From NCBI GenBank assembly GCA_050331735.1, contig JBHJGN010000020.1, positions 32,001 through 96,000 on the forward strand: 64,000 nucleotides of DNA, in the 5' to 3' direction. Shown piece by piece: positions 35,456 to 46,054 of the stretch. Origin of the DNA: Cyanophyceae cyanobacterium (GTDB lineage: Bacteria; Cyanobacteriota; Cyanobacteriia; Cyanobacteriales; JBHJGN01). How positions within the stretch are numbered: position 1 is the first letter of the stretch; each line of letters opens with the position of its first letter. Under the pieces are notes generated by a model. It was not told the origin of the DNA and did no database searches. It was given only the letters and a program-made list of their open reading frames with translations. The translations under genes and the position numbers were made by a program.

Positions 35456-35869
35456 AGGATTTTTATCGGTAAGAAAATAACCTCTCTTTTGCGCTACGGT
35501 TGCTCTACGATGCCACCTTCGTTCGTTTGTGAAAGTGAAGGAATAATTTCAACTATTCTAGGCTACCTGTAACTAAAATGTAACATTTTCCAAGGGGGAT
35601 GAGCAGTTCGCCATCAGGTCAGCCCCAAAGCAGTGACCCAGACAAGAAAGCCGAAATGGGTCAATCGCTTTAAACACTCTTGCTGATTGCAGACGGACTT
35701 GAAACCGCAGCAGGAAACAGGGGGTTGAGAGGCGAATTTGGGCTAAACCCCCAGTCGCTGGGCATGCGATCGCCCATTGTGGCAAGCGCTCAGCAAAATA
35801 TGAGTGAAAAAGCAATTTTCAGAGAATTTTGGGAACACTAAGCAAGATCTAGAAAATATTCTAATTTAG

Positions 35870-37879
35870 ATGAATAATTCTACATTTAAGAGAACTAAAG
35901 CAGTTGCTCTCCGAAATAATTATTCTCCCTTTGGCAATAAGCTCATTGAGGCAGGCTACGCAGACACAGAACAGGTCAAGCTTGCCCTCGCCCAAAGCCG
36001 TAAAACCGGTTGTGCCCTCACAGACGCTCTCAAATCTGTTACTGGGCGCGATCTTCCCCTCCAGCTTCAGCGCCAATATAAAAAACATCAGCTCTTTGAA
36101 CTTAAGATTCTTTACGGAATTGATTCTTTAGATCCGGAAATTCGCCCCGTTACCGACAGTCAAATTGTTGAGCTGATTGATCGTCATATTCCCATTGATA
36201 TCTGTCGTCATTACAAGCTGCTACCCCTCAGCCAGCAAGAGCACCCTCCTGCGGTGCTCGTTGCTATGGTCGATCCGGAAAACCTAGAAGCGATCGACGA
36301 CCTCAATCGGATTTTACGTCCCAAAAATCTGGGGCTCCAGCGCATGGTGATTGCTCCCGATGATTACGCCAAACTGCTGGAGCAGTACTATGCCGAAGTG
36401 TCTAAAAGAGACCAAGAGCGGGAGCGGCAAGAAAAAGAGAAAGAGCTAGATCAGCTCGGCGATGTTTCTGGGATTGTTGAAAATTTAGATCTCAGTTTGG
36501 TAGAAGAGGACGGAGCCGATGACCTCAGCGCTGCCAACGATGCTCAAGAAGCCCCCATCATTAATCTGGTGAATAAGATTTTGGTGAAAGCTCTGGGCGA
36601 AGGGGTCTCGGATATTCATGTCGAACCTCAAGAAGAAGGGTTGCGAGTCCGCTACCGCAAAGACGGTGTGCTCACTCAGGTCTTCTCTCTGCCCAAGCAG
36701 ATTACAGCAGCGGTGGTCGCCCGGTTCAAAATCATGTCGGAATTAGACATTGCCGAGCGGCGACTGCCTCAAGACGGCAAGATTAGGCGAATGTTCCAGG
36801 GGCGTAAAGTCGATTTCCGCGTCAGCACGTTGCCCAGTCGCTACGGAGAGAAGGTCGTGCTGCGGATTTTAGATAACTCTGCTACTCAGTTGGGGTTAGA
36901 TAAGCTAATTACCGACCAGCGTACTCTCGAAATCGTCAGAGAAATGGCGAGTCGTCCGTTTGGGTTACTGTTGGTTACAGGACCAACGGGTTCGGGTAAA
37001 TCAACGACGCTGTACTCGGTGCTGGCAGAACGGAACGACCCTGGCATCAATATTAGTACCGCCGAAGACCCGATTGAGTATTCCTTACCAGGAATCACTC
37101 AGGTCCAGGTGATTCGAGAAAAAGGAATGGATTTCGCCTCGATTTTGCGGGCTTTCCTCCGACAAGATCCGGACGTGATCCTGGTTGGTGAGACACGAGA
37201 CAAAGAAACCGCTAAAACCGCGATTGAGGCAGCGCTCACCGGACACCTGGTGTTAACGACTCTGCATACTAACGATGCTGCCGGAGCGATCGCTCGCCTT
37301 GATGAGATGGGGGTCGAGCCGTTTATGATTTCGGGGGCGCTGGTGGGAGTGCTGGCGCAGCGTTTGATGCGTCGAGTCTGTAGCGAATGTCGCATTGCCT
37401 ATCATCCCAGTCAAGCCGAACTGTCTCGGTTCGGATTATCAGCAGCCAACGAAGAGCAAATTACGCTCTATCGAGCGAACATCCTCACCACTGAAGAGAT
37501 TCAAGCCGCTAGAGAATCTGAAACTTTGTGCCCTAAATGTAGCGGGGTTGGGTACAAAGGGCGAGTGGGCGTTTATGAAGTGATGCAGAATAGCGATCGC
37601 ATTCAGACTCTGATCAACGAGGGAGCCACCACTGACCGCATCAAAGAAGCAGCGGTTGATGAGGGCATGAGTACGCTGCTGGCCTATAGCCTCAATTTGG
37701 TTCACGAGGGCTACACCACTTTAGAAGAGGTCGAACGAGTTACCTTTACAGATTCTGGACTTGAAGCCGAATTAAAGGCCAAACGCAAAAATTCGCTGAC
37801 CTGCGATACGTGTCAAGCAGAACTCCAGCCGGAGTGGTTAGATTGCCCCTACTGTATGACACCGCGCTTTTCGGACTAA
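35870..37879 (+). CDS. pilB: Type IV pilus assembly ATPase PilB
   Basis: SDIHVEP, LPQDG, GPTGSGKST, EDPIE, LRQDPD, C-terminal CDTC...CPYC extension typical of cyanobacterial PilB1. Confidence 0.95.
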   Translation: MNNSTFKRTKAVALRNNYSPFGNKLIEAGYADTEQVKLALAQSRKTGCALTDALKSVTGRDLPLQLQRQYKKHQLFELKILYGIDSLDPEIRPVTDSQIVELIDRHIPIDICRHYKLLPLSQQEHPPAVLVAMVDPENLEAIDDLNRILRPKNLGLQRMVIAPDDYAKLLEQYYAEVSKRDQERERQEKEKELDQLGDVSGIVENLDLSLVEEDGADDLSAANDAQEAPIINLVNKILVKALGEGVSDIHVEPQEEGLRVRYRKDGVLTQVFSLPKQITAAVVARFKIMSELDIAERRLPQDGKIRRMFQGRKVDFRVSTLPSRYGEKVVLRILDNSATQLGLDKLITDQRTLEIVREMASRPFGLLLVTGPTGSGKSTTLYSVLAERNDPGINISTAEDPIEYSLPGITQVQVIREKGMDFASILRAFLRQDPDVILVGETRDKETAKTAIEAALTGHLVLTTLHTNDAAGAIARLDEMGVEPFMISGALVGVLAQRLMRRVCSECRIAYHPSQAELSRFGLSAANEEQITLYRANILTTEEIQAARESETLCPKCSGVGYKGRVGVYEVMQNSDRIQTLINEGATTDRIKEAAVDEGMSTLLAYSLNLVHEGYTTLEEVERVTFTDSGLEAELKAKRKNSLTCDTCQAELQPEWLDCPYCMTPRFSD

Positions 37880-37889
37880 TTTAGCACTA

Positions 37890-37937
37890 GTCGCTCCGCG
37901 ACGGAAAAAGGGGAAGGGGTAAAGGGGAAAGGGAAAA
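37890..37937 (+). repeat. Mini-hairpin plus GGGGAAA-type heptamer repeat
   Basis: GTCGC-TCC-GCGAC followed by GGAAAAAGGGGAAGGGGTAAAGGGGAAAGGGAAAA; related to 52923-53030. Confidence 0.7.
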
Positions 37938-37969
37938 CACTGACACCGAATAGTAAAGAGGAGACAATA

Positions 37970-39067
37970 ATGGATTTAATGATTGAAGACTTGATGGAGC
38001 AGCTTGTGGAGATGGGCGGCTCTGATATGCACATTCAGGCGGGAGCCCCCATTTTCTTTCGCATTAGCGGCAAACTGAGTCCAATTAACGAAGACCCGCT
38101 CACTCCCCAGGAAAGCCAAAAGCTGATTTTTGGGATGCTGAATAATTCCCAGCGCAAAGAATTAGAACAAACTTGGGAGTTAGACTGCTCCTACGGGGTC
38201 AAAGGACTGGCTCGTTTTCGAGTCAACGTTTACAAAGAGCGGGGCTGCTATGCCGCCTGCCTGAGAGCTTTGTCGTCTAAAATTCCGAATTTCGATCAGC
38301 TTGGCTTACCCAACGTCGTTCGGGAGATGACCGAGCGACCGCGGGGCATGGTGCTGGTGACGGGACAAACCGGGTCGGGAAAAACCACCACCCTAGCAGC
38401 GATGCTGGACTTAATTAACCGTACGCGCTCGGAGCACATTATTACCGTAGAAGACCCGATTGAATACGTATTTCCTAACCACAAAAGCCTGTTTCATCAG
38501 CGGCAAAAGGGCGAAGACACTAAAAGTTTTGCTAATGCTCTTAAATCTGCGCTACGAGAAGACCCAGATATTATTTTGGTAGGAGAGATGCGGGATTTGG
38601 AAACAATTTCGCTGGCCATTTCCGCCGCAGAAACCGGACACCTGGTGTTTGGCACTCTCCATACGAACTCGGCAGCCAATACGGTAGACCGCATTATTGA
38701 TGTCTTTCCCGCCGCTCAACAGCCGCAGATTCGCGCTATGCTGTCTAATTCTCTCTTGGCGGTATTTAGCCAGTGCTTGGTGAAAAAGAAAAACCCTAAA
38801 CCCGGAGAATTCGGACGGGCGATGGCTCAAGAAATTATGATAGTCACGCCAGCGATCGCCAATTTAATCCGAGAAGGTAAAGCCGCTCAAGTCTATTCTG
38901 CCATTCAAACCGGAGCAAAACTGGGCATGCAGACGATGGAGCAGGCTTTAGCCAACTTGGTCAAAAGCGGCGTTGTGGCCTACGAAGAGGCCATTTCTAA
39001 AAGTGCCAGACCGGATGAACTCCAGCGGCTTGTTCAAGGAGCAACGGTCGCCAAAATTCGCTCCTAA
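37970..39067 (+). CDS. pilT: Type IV pilus retraction ATPase PilT
   Basis: GQTGSGKTTT, EDPIE, ALREDPD, AIANLIRE, GMQT. Confidence 0.96.
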   Translation: MDLMIEDLMEQLVEMGGSDMHIQAGAPIFFRISGKLSPINEDPLTPQESQKLIFGMLNNSQRKELEQTWELDCSYGVKGLARFRVNVYKERGCYAACLRALSSKIPNFDQLGLPNVVREMTERPRGMVLVTGQTGSGKTTTLAAMLDLINRTRSEHIITVEDPIEYVFPNHKSLFHQRQKGEDTKSFANALKSALREDPDIILVGEMRDLETISLAISAAETGHLVFGTLHTNSAANTVDRIIDVFPAAQQPQIRAMLSNSLLAVFSQCLVKKKNPKPGEFGRAMAQEIMIVTPAIANLIREGKAAQVYSAIQTGAKLGMQTMEQALANLVKSGVVAYEEAISKSARPDELQRLVQGATVAKIRS

Positions 39068-39099
39068 TTCAGTGGCCAGCTATCAGTAACTAATGACCA

Positions 39100-40323
39100 A
39101 TGACTACTTACGTTGTTAAAGTTAAAAACGCTTCTGGGAAAACGTTGACGGAGAAGGTTGAGGCGGCTTCTCCCCAGGAGGCTCGCGGGATACTAAGGAC
39201 GCGGTATCCGGCGGTGGGCAAGGCAAAACCAGCCGCTTTTTGGGAAGGGGATTTGTCCGATATTAAAATCCTCAGCTTTCTCAATAGCGTTACCGTTAAG
39301 GATAAAGCCGTCTTCTCTCGTCAGTTTGCCGTTTTAGTCAATGCTGGAGTCGCCATTGTGCGGTCTTTGGCGGTTTTAGCTGAGCAGTGTTCCAATCCCA
39401 AGTTAAAGAAAGCACTCCTGGCCACCAGTAGCGATATTCAGCAAGGAGTGAGCTTATCTGAAGCATTTGCTAAACATCCAGACTGTTTCGATCAGCTTTA
39501 CGTGAGTATGGTGGAGGCCGGAGAGACGGGCGGCGTATTAGATGAAGTGCTCAACCGCCTCGCTAGGCTGCTAGAGGATATGGCGCGGCTAAAAAATCAG
39601 ATTAAATCGGCGATGACCTATCCGGTGGCCATTGCTCTATTTACCTTTGCCGTTTTTATCGGTATGACGGTTTTTCTGGTGCCGATCTTTGCAGGGATTT
39701 TTGAAGATCTCGGCGTAGAACTTCCCGCCCTGACGCGACTCATGCTGTTTCTGAGCGGCGTACTGAGAAGTACCAAAGTAATTATTCCCATTGTGGCGAT
39801 CGCCATCAGTGCTTTTCTGCTGCGACGGTACTACAAAACTCCGGCTGGGCGAGTCCAAATCGATGGTTTAATGCTCAAACTACCGCTTTTAGGCGATTTG
39901 AATCAAAAATCGGCAGTCGCTCGCTTTTGTCGCGTTTTTGGCTCTTTGACCCGCTCTGGCGTTCCTATTCTTAACTGTTTAGATATTGTCGGCGATACTG
40001 TCGGTAACCAAGTGATCGCCAATGCGGTATCAGCCATTAAAGCCGAAATTCAGCAAGGAGGAGTGATTAGCATCGCGCTGCAAAAGCAAAAGGTATTTCC
40101 TGCTCTCGCGATTCAAATGATTGGCATCGGCGAAGAGACGGGAGAGCTTGATGCGATGGTGATGAAAGTGGCTGACTTCTATGAAGATGAGGTTGAACAG
40201 ACGGTTAAAGCCCTAACAAGCCTCATTGAACCGATCATGATCGTGCTGGTGGCCGTGATGGTAGGAACGATCTTGGTATCGATGTATTTGCCGCTGCTCA
40301 CCGTCTTCAATGAACTTGGGTAA
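39100..40323 (+). CDS. pilC: Type IV pilus platform protein PilC (GspF family)
   Basis: FSRQFAVL, GETGGVLD, AMTYP, GEETGELD, LIEP. Confidence 0.95.
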   Translation: MTTYVVKVKNASGKTLTEKVEAASPQEARGILRTRYPAVGKAKPAAFWEGDLSDIKILSFLNSVTVKDKAVFSRQFAVLVNAGVAIVRSLAVLAEQCSNPKLKKALLATSSDIQQGVSLSEAFAKHPDCFDQLYVSMVEAGETGGVLDEVLNRLARLLEDMARLKNQIKSAMTYPVAIALFTFAVFIGMTVFLVPIFAGIFEDLGVELPALTRLMLFLSGVLRSTKVIIPIVAIAISAFLLRRYYKTPAGRVQIDGLMLKLPLLGDLNQKSAVARFCRVFGSLTRSGVPILNCLDIVGDTVGNQVIANAVSAIKAEIQQGGVISIALQKQKVFPALAIQMIGIGEETGELDAMVMKVADFYEDEVEQTVKALTSLIEPIMIVLVAVMVGTILVSMYLPLLTVFNELG

Positions 40324-40419
40324 CCAATCAACAATCAACGATAAGCCGTCAATCAATCTTAGATCAACACTATTCATCGGTGACTGATTGTTAGTCAGTG
40401 ATGATGGTTGATTGATTAT
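40323..40419. repeat. Imperfect inverted repeat built from CAATCAA/TTGATTG heptamers
   Basis: AACCAATCAACAATCAAC...GTCAATCAATC vs GACTGATTG...GGTTGATTGATT right after the pilC stop. Confidence 0.5.
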
Positions 40420-40428
40420 TTGGAAAAG

Positions 40429-40995
40429 ATGTTTGTTAAGCAATCAGACTATGAAACGCTGCTGTCAAACTATAGCAGCCGCGAGGGAGCGATCGCTCTA
40501 CTGCGTCAGTATCGTCTTTACTTAGAAATGCTGCCCAGTGTGCGCCGCCCGCAGGCGAGCATTATTCCGATTCCTTTGCCGATCGCTAAAGTGCGCTCGC
40601 CTCAGCGACAGCTAGAAAAAGCCAGCGCGTCAGATGAAGCAGTTTGTTTACCGTGTGACTTGGCAATTCTCCTGTGCGATCCGGAATGGAAAATCAAGCT
40701 GGGGGTCGAAATTCTCGTCTTTATTCATCGCCCTCAAGAAGATTTCTCCGCCCTGCTGCGCCGCTGGCGCGAAACCCAGGTTTATCTAGATCGAGAGTAT
40801 CAATGGTTCATGCCTCTCCCCGAACAGCATATGTTTAGCGAAACAGCCGAAAAAATTTATCCTTTATTTGTCGTTTTTGAGGCCACCCCAGAACGAATCA
40901 AACAAGGACTCACAGGTGCAGGACTCCCTTATGTGGTACATTCCTCAGAACCAGTTGACGATCGAGAGCCCAGCGAACTTCAAACGAGAGGCTAG
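40429..40995 (+). CDS. Conserved cyanobacterial hypothetical protein
   Basis: Long ORF, LPCDLAILLCDPEWKIK..EILVFIHRP motif; start placed at ATG 40429. Confidence 0.72.
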   Translation: MFVKQSDYETLLSNYSSREGAIALLRQYRLYLEMLPSVRRPQASIIPIPLPIAKVRSPQRQLEKASASDEAVCLPCDLAILLCDPEWKIKLGVEILVFIHRPQEDFSALLRRWRETQVYLDREYQWFMPLPEQHMFSETAEKIYPLFVVFEATPERIKQGLTGAGLPYVVHSSEPVDDREPSELQTRG

Positions 40996-41053
40996 CCTTG
41001 CTCAAGGAAGCAGTGACCGACACTCTATTAACAATCAATAGATTTCTAATTTC

Positions 41054-42007
41054 CTAGCGTTCATACTGCTCATAAGCGGCCACAATCTTCTGTACGAGGG
41101 GATGACGCACGACATCGGCTTGAGAGAAATGACAAAAGGCAATGCCCTCGACCGACTTGAGAATTCTACTAGCCACCACTAATCCAGAATCTTGATGGTG
41201 AGGTAAATCGGTTTGGGTAATATCTCCTGTCACCACCATGCGCGAGTTTTCCCCTAGTCGAGTCAGCACCATTTTCAGTTGGGCTGGAGTGGTATTTTGG
41301 GCCTCATCTACGATCACAAAGGCATTGTTGAGAGTGCGACCGCGCATGTAGGCCAGGGGCGCGACTTCAATTTTGCCTCTCTCCATCAAGTCGGGAATTC
41401 TTTCTGGATCGATGAATTCATAGAGGGCATCGTAAAGGGGACGGAGGAAAGGATTGACCTTTTGCTGTAAATCTCCGGGCAAAAAGCCGAGTTTTTCTCC
41501 GGCTTCTACGGCTGGACGAGTGAGAATCAGACGATCACAGCGATCTTCAAGCAGGGCCTGTACCGCTAACACCGCGGCCAAAAAGGTTTTGCCCGTTCCG
41601 GCTGGTCCAATACAGAAGGTAATGTCGTGGGTTTGAATGGCCTTGACATACTGCCGTTGACGAAAGGTTTTCGCTCGAATGAGGTCGCCTCGTCGCGTCC
41701 GCGCCAGCACATCTTGCTGCAAATCCTGATACTCGTGCAAACGCCCGGTATCTAGAGCGTGGAAGGCGGTCAGAATATCGGGGGGAGAGATGCTTTTCGC
41801 TTCTTTCCAGTAGGGCTGGAGAGAGCGGACCACTTTGCTGGCTCGCTCGACGGGCTTCGTTTGCCCATAGATCAGGAGATCCTGGCCCCGCAGTACGAGG
41901 CTGGCTCCAGTATGGCGAGCCAGGAGCTTGAGGTTTTCATCGCCTTTGCCTGCTAGGGCGATCGCACTTTGAATACTGGGTAGCTGAATCGTTTGAGATT
42001 CTGTCAC
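41054..42007 (-). CDS. phoH: PhoH-family ATPase
   Basis: GPAGTGKT, LTRPAVEAGE.LGFLPGD, AYMRGRTL, DEAQN, VVRHPLV; probable GTG start at 42007 (track ORF extends to 42160). Confidence 0.94.
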   Translation of the reverse strand: MTESQTIQLPSIQSAIALAGKGDENLKLLARHTGASLVLRGQDLLIYGQTKPVERASKVVRSLQPYWKEAKSISPPDILTAFHALDTGRLHEYQDLQQDVLARTRRGDLIRAKTFRQRQYVKAIQTHDITFCIGPAGTGKTFLAAVLAVQALLEDRCDRLILTRPAVEAGEKLGFLPGDLQQKVNPFLRPLYDALYEFIDPERIPDLMERGKIEVAPLAYMRGRTLNNAFVIVDEAQNTTPAQLKMVLTRLGENSRMVVTGDITQTDLPHHQDSGLVVASRILKSVEGIAFCHFSQADVVRHPLVQKIVAAYEQYER

Positions 42008-42192
42008 AATTTTCCGTTGGCAGATAGAGTAGTCCGACGGCCCCTGGCCGCCCCCGGGATGAATGATTCTTCCTACAAAGTTATCTTTGAGTCTATGATG
42101 TCTGTCAAGCAGGTTACTGCTAGGATCTTGAATGAAGGTGCTATAGTGCCAGAGGCACATGCCGTCAGCACGAGAGAGGGGAGGAAAGATTC

Positions 42193-42534
42193 ATGGAGCG
42201 AGCGCCCGCTCAGCAAATTTCGTTAGCTGCGATCAGGCAACTTGGTTTTTGTTCAGGCTCGATCGTTAGTCCGATGGTAGCGGTCTGCCTAGCCGGAGTC
42301 CCGTCGCTGGCACTCCCCCCTCCTGAAGAGGTGCCGGAGGAGATTCTGCGGACTGAAATTATTACAAGAGCGCGATCTCCCCTTGATGGTGAACTGCTCA
42401 GTGCTGCTGAATACGCGCAACTGCAGGCTCAGCTCGCTCAAAGTCCTTTTCCTCCTGAATTAAATTCCCAAGTGCGGCAAATTATCTTTCTTCTGCAAAT
42501 TCGCCAGCTACTCGAAACTCTCAACCCATTTTAA
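42193..42534 (+). CDS. Conserved cyanobacterial hypothetical protein
   Basis: ALPPPEEVPEEILRTEIIT.ARSPLDG..LSAAEY motif. Confidence 0.7.
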   Translation: MERAPAQQISLAAIRQLGFCSGSIVSPMVAVCLAGVPSLALPPPEEVPEEILRTEIITRARSPLDGELLSAAEYAQLQAQLAQSPFPPELNSQVRQIIFLLQIRQLLETLNPF

Positions 42535-42678
42535 CTTCACGGTGGGTCAGCCAGCATCTGCTGATGACGAGTAAATGATTGCTTCTCGTGGTCGAGGGTA
42601 AAAATATGTATCCTTTTTATAAATAAAGTTAAATTTGCTTGTTTTTTTGTTCCATTCATTCGTGTAAACAGTTTAGTA

Positions 42679-44979
42679 ATGCCCACACTACTTGCTTCCG
42701 ACCAGGTTAATCAGATTGTTCACAACCTACACCACGACCCCTTTGAAATTCTCGGTGCTCATCCCCAAGCCCAAAATGGAGAAGTGGAAAGCTGGGTAGT
42801 ACGCGCCTATCTTCCCAAGGCCAGCGCTGCCTGGGTAATCCGTCCCGAGGAACGAACCGAGTATCCTATGGAGACGGTACATCATCCTCATTTTTTCGAG
42901 TGTACCATCCAGGTTAAAGAGCTGATCAATTACCAGTTGCGGATCAAGGAAGGGGAACACGAGCGGGTGATCTATGACCCTTACGCTTTTCGCTCGCCCA
43001 AGCTCACTGAATACGACCTGCACTTGTTTGCCGAGGGCAATCACCATCGAATTTATGAAAAACTCGGCGCTCACGCGACAGAAATCAACGGAGTTCAGGG
43101 CGTTTATTTCGCGCTTTGGGCTCCTAATGCGCGGAATGCCTCGGTGATTGGCGACTTCAACTCCTGGGACGGCAGACACCATCAGATGCGGAAGCGAGAT
43201 CTTGGAGTTTGGGAACTGTTTATTCCCGAAATTGGAGTGGGGACAACCTATAAGTATGAAATTAAGAACTGGGAAGGTCATATCTACGAAAAAACAGACC
43301 CCTACGGTTTTCAGCAGGAAGTGCGACCGAAAACCGCCTCTGTCGTTACCGACTTAGAGGCTTATCAGTGGAATGATGCCGCTTGGCTGGAAAAGCGCCG
43401 TCACAGCGACCCCCTGACTCAACCGATTGCTGTTTATGAAGTTCATCTTGGCTCTTGGATGCACGGTTCCTCCGCCGAGCAGCCTCCGTTACTCAACGGT
43501 CAAGGCGAGCCAATTCAGGTGTCAGACCTCAAGCCTGGAGCGCGTTTTCTAAGCTACTATGAGCTAGCTCACAAGCTCATTCCCTACGTTAAAGAGTTAG
43601 GATACACGCACATCGAACTCCTGCCGATTGCAGAACATCCCTTTGATGGTTCCTGGGGATATCAGGTTACGGGCTATTACGCGGCTACCTCCCGCTACGG
43701 CAACCCGGAAGACTTGATGTATTTCATCGATCGGTGTCATCAGCAGGGCATTGGCGTGATTGTTGACTGGGTTCCCGGTCATTTCCCCAAAGACGGACAC
43801 GGTTTAGCTTTCTTCGACGGCACTCACCTCTACGAACATGCCGATCCTCGCCGGGGAGAACACAAGGAATGGGGTACGCTAGTCTTTAACTACAGCCGCA
43901 ACGAAGTGCGTAACTTCCTAGTCGCGAATGCTCTGTTCTGGTTTGACAAATATCACATTGACGGCATTCGCGTCGATGCCGTGGCCTCGATGCTGTATCT
44001 CGACTACTGCCGCCAGACCGGAGAGTGGTTGCCCAACCAGTATGGCGGTCGAGAAAACTTAGAAGCCGCCGATTTTCTCCGTCAGGTTCACGGGATTCTC
44101 TACGGCTACTTTCCGGGGGTGCTGTCGATTGCGGAAGAATCGACCTCTTGGCCGATGGTTTCTTGGCCCACCTACGTTGGTGGTTTGGGCTTTAACCTGA
44201 AGTGGAATATGGGCTGGATGCACGACATGCTGGACTACTTCAGCATGGACCCCTGGTTCCGCCAGTTTCACCAAAACAACATTACCTTCAGTATCTGGTA
44301 TCACCACAGCGAAAACTATATGCTGGCGCTTTCCCATGATGAAGTAGTTCACGGTAAGAGCAGCATCATCGGCAAAATGCCAGGAGATGAGTGGCAGAAA
44401 TTTGCCAATGTCCGCTGTTTGTTTACCTATATGTATACCCATCCCGGCAAAAAGACCATGTTTATGAGTATGGAATTTGGCCAGTGGAGCGAATGGAATG
44501 TTTGGGGAGATCTAGAGTGGCATCTGCTTCAGCACGAACCGCACCAGAAGCTCAGACAGTTTTTTGCCGATCTTAATACTTTGTATAGAAATGAGCCCGC
44601 CCTTTACACTCAAGATTACGAGGAGCCAGGATTTGCCTGGATAGACTGTAGCGACAACCGTCACAGCGTCGTTTCCTTCCTGCGCTGCGGCAAGGACAGC
44701 GAAGATTTTGTGGTGACGGTGTGTAACTTTACTCCTCAGCCCCACAGCCACTATCGGGTTGGCGTACCGGAAATGGGCTTTTATACCGAGTTATTTAACA
44801 GCGATGCCCGCGAGTATGGGGGTAGCAACATGGGAAATTTGGGAGGCAAATGGACTGATGAATGGGCTTTCCACAATCAGCCTTATTCCCTCGATTTGTG
44901 CTTACCGCCGTTAGCTGTGATGGTGTTCAAACTAGACCGCCAGAAAACAGCCGAGGCGATGCAGCAGTTTAACCACTAG
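42679..44979 (+). CDS. glgB: 1,4-alpha-glucan branching enzyme
   Basis: [48 protein letters not shown]. Confidence 0.97.
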   Translation: MPTLLASDQVNQIVHNLHHDPFEILGAHPQAQNGEVESWVVRAYLPKASAAWVIRPEERTEYPMETVHHPHFFECTIQVKELINYQLRIKEGEHERVIYDPYAFRSPKLTEYDLHLFAEGNHHRIYEKLGAHATEINGVQGVYFALWAPNARNASVIGDFNSWDGRHHQMRKRDLGVWELFIPEIGVGTTYKYEIKNWEGHIYEKTDPYGFQQEVRPKTASVVTDLEAYQWNDAAWLEKRRHSDPLTQPIAVYEVHLGSWMHGSSAEQPPLLNGQGEPIQVSDLKPGARFLSYYELAHKLIPYVKELGYTHIELLPIAEHPFDGSWGYQVTGYYAATSRYGNPEDLMYFIDRCHQQGIGVIVDWVPGHFPKDGHGLAFFDGTHLYEHADPRRGEHKEWGTLVFNYSRNEVRNFLVANALFWFDKYHIDGIRVDAVASMLYLDYCRQTGEWLPNQYGGRENLEAADFLRQVHGILYGYFPGVLSIAEESTSWPMVSWPTYVGGLGFNLKWNMGWMHDMLDYFSMDPWFRQFHQNNITFSIWYHHSENYMLALSHDEVVHGKSSIIGKMPGDEWQKFANVRCLFTYMYTHPGKKTMFMSMEFGQWSEWNVWGDLEWHLLQHEPHQKLRQFFADLNTLYRNEPALYTQDYEEPGFAWIDCSDNRHSVVSFLRCGKDSEDFVVTVCNFTPQPHSHYRVGVPEMGFYTELFNSDAREYGGSNMGNLGGKWTDEWAFHNQPYSLDLCLPPLAVMVFKLDRQKTAEAMQQFNH

Positions 44980-44983
44980 AAGT

Positions 44984-45040
44984 AAAATTCAAAAGGCAAA
45001 AAAAACACATCAGCTTGTTAATTTTGCTTTTTGAACTTTT
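44984..45040. terminator. Inverted repeat between convergent glgB and a small ORF (TTTTGAA-type heptamers)
   Basis: TTCAAAAGGCAAAA...TTTTGCTTTTTGAA. Confidence 0.5.
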
Positions 45041-45090
45041 GAGTTGTCGCTCCTAAATGGTTTTCTGGGGGGGACAACTTGGATTTAGCT

Positions 45091-45201
45091 CTACTGAAAC
45101 AAAAACCCCGCTAAGATCAGAGGGATAAATAGAAGAGCTGTCACGATAAACAGCAGCGTCCCTGGCTCTACGGTAATGACGTTTTTCTCGCGCTCGTTCA
45201 T
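45091..45201 (-). CDS. 36-aa single-TM small protein
   Basis: MNEREKNVITVEPGTLLFIVTALLFIPLILAGFLFQ*; GAGGTG ribosome-binding site just upstream. Confidence 0.7.
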   Translation of the reverse strand: MNEREKNVITVEPGTLLFIVTALLFIPLILAGFLFQ

Positions 45202-45369
45202 GAGTCACCTCTGAGTCATTCTTCTTCTAGCCTACTACCGAATGACTAGAGAAATAAACAGGCTTAACATAGTGTAAGCGCCGCAGGTGTCGGAAAAGAG
45301 TTGGGGAAAGATTATGAGCTTTTTCTTGGCGGTCACCAGCAATTCAGAACCCAGTATCCCTGCGATGAG

Positions 45370-45443
45370 GGCGAACGAGGGGACTCGAACCCCCGAATGG
45401 TGGAACCACAATCCACTGCCTTAACCACTTGGCTACGCTCGCC
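45370..45443 (-). tRNA. trnH: tRNA-His(GTG)
   Basis: GGCGAGCGTAGCCAAGTGGTTAAGGCAGTGGATTGTGGTTCCACCATTCGGGGGTTCGAGTCCCCTCGTTCGCC; anticodon GTG, G-1 present, CCA not encoded. Confidence 0.97.
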
Positions 45444-45523
45444 ATGTACGTCTATTTAATATAGCATTTGATGGGTAATACTGCTTCTAGAGTTAACCCA
45501 GTGACTCTCAAAAAACAGCGACA

Positions 45524-45910
45524 GTGCGCCAAGTCCGCATGAAAGTACCACTAATCAGGGCAGGGGCGGGAAGTCTACTCATCGCGCTAGGAGCGACGAT
45601 GGCAGTGACAAATCCCGGAAAAGCAGACTATGTAGACTATGCAACAGAGGAGCTGGTCAATTACTTACAAGACTACTGTCGTGAGGCTTCTGGTCCGCTC
45701 GAGTTTCTCAAGCCTTACTGCCAGACCTTAGTTGACAGTAATCGTCCTCAAATTAAACAGCTCATTGCTCAGAAGACGCAAAGACAAAACTTTCTGCTGT
45801 TCAGCATTTATCAAACTGAGTTGGCGATCGCCGCGCCTTTACCCGGTTATCATGTGGAGGTATTGGCAATTTTTCACACTTTCTACATCTATGAAGTAGA
45901 GAGTCTTTAA
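45524..45910 (+). CDS. DUF4359-like secreted/anchored protein
   Basis: TM then TNPG...YA; TQRQNFLLFSIYQTEL. Confidence 0.75.
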   Translation: MRQVRMKVPLIRAGAGSLLIALGATMAVTNPGKADYVDYATEELVNYLQDYCREASGPLEFLKPYCQTLVDSNRPQIKQLIAQKTQRQNFLLFSIYQTELAIAAPLPGYHVEVLAIFHTFYIYEVESL

Positions 45911-46054
45911 CCGAGCTATGTCAGCTAGTCTGCTGGTTTATCCGTGTCGCGGCTAACAGCAATAGCGGACGTTAAAATGTCATCTTGATAGCCAGCAACG
46001 GGAAGAATCACAATAGAGCTAGTTGCTTGGGCCATCAACTATCGCGTAAGGAAA

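Noticed and set aside
35640..35800. c-di-AMP or c-di-GMP riboswitch upstream of pilB
   Set aside because: Only superficial similarity; conserved cores could not be matched by eye
37881..37890. CIRCE half-site TTAGCACT
   Set aside because: No GAGTGCTAA partner arm, and it is not upstream of chaperone genes
42008..42160. N-terminal extension of PhoH in the ORF track
   Set aside because: Sequence is not PhoH-like; GTG at 42007 gives a typical start
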